Made by a program: the position numbers and the translations under genes. Below, one piece after another: positions 57,628-61,182 of a stretch of 61,182 nt of DNA. The notes below the pieces were generated by a model. That model saw only the letters and a list, made by a program, of their open reading frames with translations, did not search any database and had not been told where the DNA came from. The DNA lies in IMG/VR virus record IMGVR_UViG_3300029288_003766, positions 153,787 through 214,968 of that record; one strand, written 5' to 3'. Source of the stretch: a virus. Taxonomy: Duplodnaviria > Heunggongvirae > Uroviricota > Caudoviricetes. The number at the start of each line of letters is the position of its first letter. The stretch's first letter is position 1.

Positions 57628-58921
57628 AATTCCAAAAATATTACATGTGTATTTTGGTGGTGATACATTATCATACGCTCGATATATGACTGTTGAATCG
57701 TTTAGGAAGTACAATGACTGGGAAATACGATTTTACTACCCGCAATACCCATCAAAGTTAAAAAGCTGGACTAGTTTTGAACAAAAGTATGAACTAAATG
57801 TTACAGATTATTTTCCCTGTTTGCGTAGACAGGGTGTGCAATTTATTCCTATTGACTTTAATGTATTTGGTATAGACAACACTATTTCTGAAGTGTACAA
57901 GTCGGATTTTTTACGTTGGTATCTTTTATCATCTGTAGGTGGTTTATGGTCTGACATGGACATACTTTATTTTAAATCAATAGATAATCTAAGCTTTAAT
58001 ACTCCAGAAAATTCTTTACTGGATACAGGAGTTTGTATTTGTGAATATGGCCATTCTATTGGATTTATGTTATCATCTAAATATAATTTCTACTATAAAT
58101 ATATTTGGGATAGAGCAAAAAAATCTTGGAATAGTAATAATTATCAATGTATTGGATCTATTCTCTCAAATAGGTTATTTCCCACAATAGAATCTATTAC
58201 AAACATTATTCCTTCCCTAAAACCTGTAAATATTCCTATGGATGCTGTTTATGCGTATAATGCTGCTGATATACAAAGTATGTACCAATCTACAAATATG
58301 AGTAAATTTACTCCATCATCTATAGGACTACACTGGTATGCTGGGCATACTTTAGCTGGAGAATTTCTTAAAAAAACTAATGGGGGTGTCAATATTTGTG
58401 ATACTTGTTTACCAGGTAAAATAATTAAATCTATAAACAGCACAAGTTTGCCTACATTTATAAATAGTTGTATTGAGACTAGTGATAGTGTGCTAGATCT
58501 GGGTTGTGGTGACAAACAAATAATTAATACTATAAATGGAAACCATACTACTGTAGATATTTGGGAACCGTTTAATCCTACTATACTTTGGGATTTAACT
58601 AAACTTCCTCTACCTTTTTCTGACAATATGTATGATGTTACTTTATTATTAGATGTTATAGAGCATTTACCAAAAGAAAGAGGTAAAAAATTATTAGAGG
58701 AAGTTAAGAGAGTGACAAGAAAGAAAATTATATTATTTACTCCCTTATGGTGGACAGAGAATTTATATTATATGAACAATGCTAGTTCTATTTACTATGG
58801 CAATCCTTATGAGAGGCATCTAAGTCTCTGGAATAGAGGAGATTTTGAAGATTGGCATGAAATTCGGGAACTAGATTTTATCGGTGATTATTATTTAGGA
58901 GTGTGGGATAAACATGAGTAA
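57611..58921 (+). CDS. GT32-like (DxD) glycosyltransferase fused to a SAM methyltransferase
   Basis: KIPKILHVYF, KSDFLRWYLL...GGLWSDMD; VLDLGCG, YDVTLLLDVIEHL. Confidence 0.8.
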   Translation: MWYLNKIPKILHVYFGGDTLSYARYMTVESFRKYNDWEIRFYYPQYPSKLKSWTSFEQKYELNVTDYFPCLRRQGVQFIPIDFNVFGIDNTISEVYKSDFLRWYLLSSVGGLWSDMDILYFKSIDNLSFNTPENSLLDTGVCICEYGHSIGFMLSSKYNFYYKYIWDRAKKSWNSNNYQCIGSILSNRLFPTIESITNIIPSLKPVNIPMDAVYAYNAADIQSMYQSTNMSKFTPSSIGLHWYAGHTLAGEFLKKTNGGVNICDTCLPGKIIKSINSTSLPTFINSCIETSDSVLDLGCGDKQIINTINGNHTTVDIWEPFNPTILWDLTKLPLPFSDNMYDVTLLLDVIEHLPKERGKKLLEEVKRVTRKKIILFTPLWWTENLYYMNNASSIYYGNPYERHLSLWNRGDFEDWHEIRELDFIGDYYLGVWDKHE

Positions 58922-59999
58922 AGATTTACAATTAATAGAATTTCCTCATGAACAAATATTTGTAACCGGTGTATCCGGTTCGGGCAAGACATATTATGCT
59001 AAAGAATATGCAAAGAAATATAGTTCAATAAAATATATTGATTATGACAAACTATATGGTTCTTCTATGTTGGAAGGTAGAGCAGAAAGAATTATTTCAC
59101 AGTTAAATAGCAGATTTATTGTAGATGGTATTCCTGTTAGTACGAGTATGGTTACAGATGAACTTATTCCTTTTTTTAATTATACTAAAACAAATACATT
59201 AAAAATAGTATGTTTATTTTGTTCAAATAAAGATAGGTGGCTTTATAGAATCCACAATAAGTTTGGTTTTGAAAAATCTAAAAGTGGTTTATTTAGGTAT
59301 TTATTTCTTTTCTATACAAAAGTTATTCTGATGATCCAAAATTTAGATATTGTTTTTTATGATACTTTTACTAATGAGTATACTAGTCTAGAAGAAATGA
59401 ATAAGAGGATGTTTTGGGTACATTGTGAGTATGTTAAACCTACAAAATCTTTTATACAAAATTGGATTGATAATCATACTTACACAGCTATTCCATCTTA
59501 TCAAGATATTGAGTGTATTAATTACGAAGGCCCATCTAAATCTTTTCAATCCTGGAGAAATATTCAAAAGCTTACTGAAAATATTTTAACTTTTAAGGAC
59601 AAGTACATAATAGATTTAGGTTGTTTCCATGGTTATTTTTCTTTTAAGGCCAAACAAGCGGGGGCTTCAAAAGTATTAGGGTTAGATAAATTACATCAAG
59701 CTATATCTTTTGCAAATAGTCTTCAACAATATAATGAAATTGAAGTACTTTTTGATATTTGGGAGTCTGGAGAAAAAATACCCGAATGTGACATTTTATT
59801 TTTATTAAATGCTCTACATCATTTTTCTCAACCAAGGGAAACTCTAAAAAACATGCAAAAATGTTCTTGGGCGATTTTTGAAGTTAATGAAAACCAAATA
59901 AATATGATTAAGGAGTATTTTACTATTATAAACGAAATACAATCTCACAGATCTAATAGAAAGATTTTATTAACACAACCTAATTTTGGAGTTAAATAA
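58914..59999 (+). CDS. P-loop kinase fused to a SAM methyltransferase
   Basis: VTGVSGSGKT; IIDLGCFHGYFSF. Confidence 0.75.
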   Translation: MSKDLQLIEFPHEQIFVTGVSGSGKTYYAKEYAKKYSSIKYIDYDKLYGSSMLEGRAERIISQLNSRFIVDGIPVSTSMVTDELIPFFNYTKTNTLKIVCLFCSNKDRWLYRIHNKFGFEKSKSGLFRYLFLFYTKVILMIQNLDIVFYDTFTNEYTSLEEMNKRMFWVHCEYVKPTKSFIQNWIDNHTYTAIPSYQDIECINYEGPSKSFQSWRNIQKLTENILTFKDKYIIDLGCFHGYFSFKAKQAGASKVLGLDKLHQAISFANSLQQYNEIEVLFDIWESGEKIPECDILFLLNALHHFSQPRETLKNMQKCSWAIFEVNENQINMIKEYFTIINEIQSHRSNRKILLTQPNFGVK

Positions 60000-60643
60000 T
60001 GGAGTCTGAAATTTTGGTGCAATTAAATACAGATATTAAAAATAATTTAATTCAACACTTTACTATAACGCCCGATAAAAGATTAATACCTGAACAAAGT
60101 TATACAGTAAATTCTTTTTTAAAATCTGGAATCTTAAATAATACTCTAGGAAAGAGGGTTTTAGATATTGGTTGTAACATTGGACAATTTAGTTTTTTTG
60201 CTAAGCAAGCAGGAGCTAAGTACGTTTTAGGAATAGATATAATTAAAAATAAAGAATTTATAGACTTAGCTAACAGGATTAAAAATTTTTTAAATTTAGA
60301 TGTTAATTTTAAATGTATCGATGTTTCTGATGATCTTCTATTAGAAGGTAGGTTTGATATAATTTTATGTATGTCGGTATATCATTATATGTACCACCAA
60401 TACAGAAGCCACGATAAAATATTTAAAATATTTTCTCAAATGTGTAATGAAGTATATTGGGAAAATCCTTGGGGTATGGAAGATAAATCTTGTAGTAAAC
60501 TATTTAATGTAGGTATGCCAGAAGAAATTCCCAATTATACTAAAGAAAAAATATTAGAAGCAGCTTCAACATATTTTAATTATAAATATTTAGGGCTACA
60601 CGGGGGCAAAACGAGGCATACTTTGTACATGAGGAAAAAATGA
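59999..60643 (+). CDS. Class I SAM methyltransferase
   Basis: GKRVLDIGCNIGQFSF, VLGID, FDIILCMSVYH. Confidence 0.85.
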   Translation: MESEILVQLNTDIKNNLIQHFTITPDKRLIPEQSYTVNSFLKSGILNNTLGKRVLDIGCNIGQFSFFAKQAGAKYVLGIDIIKNKEFIDLANRIKNFLNLDVNFKCIDVSDDLLLEGRFDIILCMSVYHYMYHQYRSHDKIFKIFSQMCNEVYWENPWGMEDKSCSKLFNVGMPEEIPNYTKEKILEAASTYFNYKYLGLHGGKTRHTLYMRKK

Positions 60644-61182
60644 ATAATTATAAAGTAATAGATACTATATATACTAACCCTATTACCCATACTGTAGTTC
60701 AAAAAGTTGAAAAAGAAGGAAGAATATATGTTCTTAAGATACACCATATTCCAGATATGACAGATATTGGGTATATAAAAAGTTTTAATACTACTTATAG
60801 AGTATGTTACCCCCTAATTAAAGATATAGAAGGAATAATAATTTTATATGACACTTGGGTAGAAGATGATAAATATTACGTTTTGATGGAATATTTAGAA
60901 GATTATATCCCCCTAACTTCTAAATTTTTAAATAGTTACGCTCTTAAATATGGAGATTTGACTCTTTTTAATTTTAAGAAAGAAATAGGTTTAAAAGTTA
61001 TGGGTGTTTTGGGGAGAGTTTATTGTGCTAAGGTATGTATTGTAGATATTTCTTTTGGAAATATTTTTATTCACCCTATAACTAAAAAAATAAAACTAGT
61101 AGATATAGAACCTTCAATACCTATACCTAAAAATATAAAAGAAATGTGTGAGTTATGGAAAACTGATGAATATTTAACTCAC
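60640..61182 (+). CDS. Protein-kinase-like fold protein, partial (runs off window; not in ORF track)
   Basis: ATG 60640; IYVLK, YVLMEYL, IVDISFGNIF (catalytic-loop-like DxxxxN), KIKLVDIE (DFG-like). Confidence 0.65.
   Translation, partial: MNNYKVIDTIYTNPITHTVVQKVEKEGRIYVLKIHHIPDMTDIGYIKSFNTTYRVCYPLIKDIEGIIILYDTWVEDDKYYVLMEYLEDYIPLTSKFLNSYALKYGDLTLFNFKKEIGLKVMGVLGRVYCAKVCIVDISFGNIFIHPITKKIKLVDIEPSIPIPKNIKEMCELWKTDEYLTH

Noticed and set aside
3235-58626. Numerous short minus-strand and nested ORFs in the track
   Set aside because: They overlap well-supported + strand genes and show no motifs or RBS.
1-61182. Stop-codon reassignment as seen in some large phages
   Set aside because: Genes are intact and tightly packed in code 11, and TAA, TAG and TGA all end genes.
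1-61182. tRNA/rRNA genes, integrase, invertible fibre cassette
   Set aside because: None recognised by eye and intergenic gaps are short. A tRNAscan run was not possible.

Overview
Late (morphogenesis) region of a large T4-like contractile-tailed dsDNA phage. Essentially all real genes are on the + strand, in the standard genetic code. Gene order: 3' end of the major capsid gene (gp23-like), interrupted by an ORF-less group I intron; neck and probable head-internal proteins; gp14/gp15-like, sheath, tube, baseplate, spike/PAAR and fibre genes (to about 31.6 kb). A ~30 kb glycan-synthesis and modification island follows (NDP-sugar dehydratase, DegT aminotransferase, about 10 glycosyltransferase-like and about 7 methyltransferase-like domains, an intein-split B12 radical SAM enzyme, kinases), surrounding a 2067-aa protein with about 1370 residues of poly-serine. 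Five free-standing homing-endonuclease-like genes are scattered through the window. Two items stand out. (1) The capsid intron carries, in its P1 loop, a diverged in-frame second copy of exon 2, so spliced and unspliced mRNA both encode a complete capsid protein with different C-termini. (2) The poly-Ser fibre plus glycosylation island looks like a phage-encoded mucin/SRRP-like virion glycosylation system. All family calls come from motif recognition by eye; no database searches were run.
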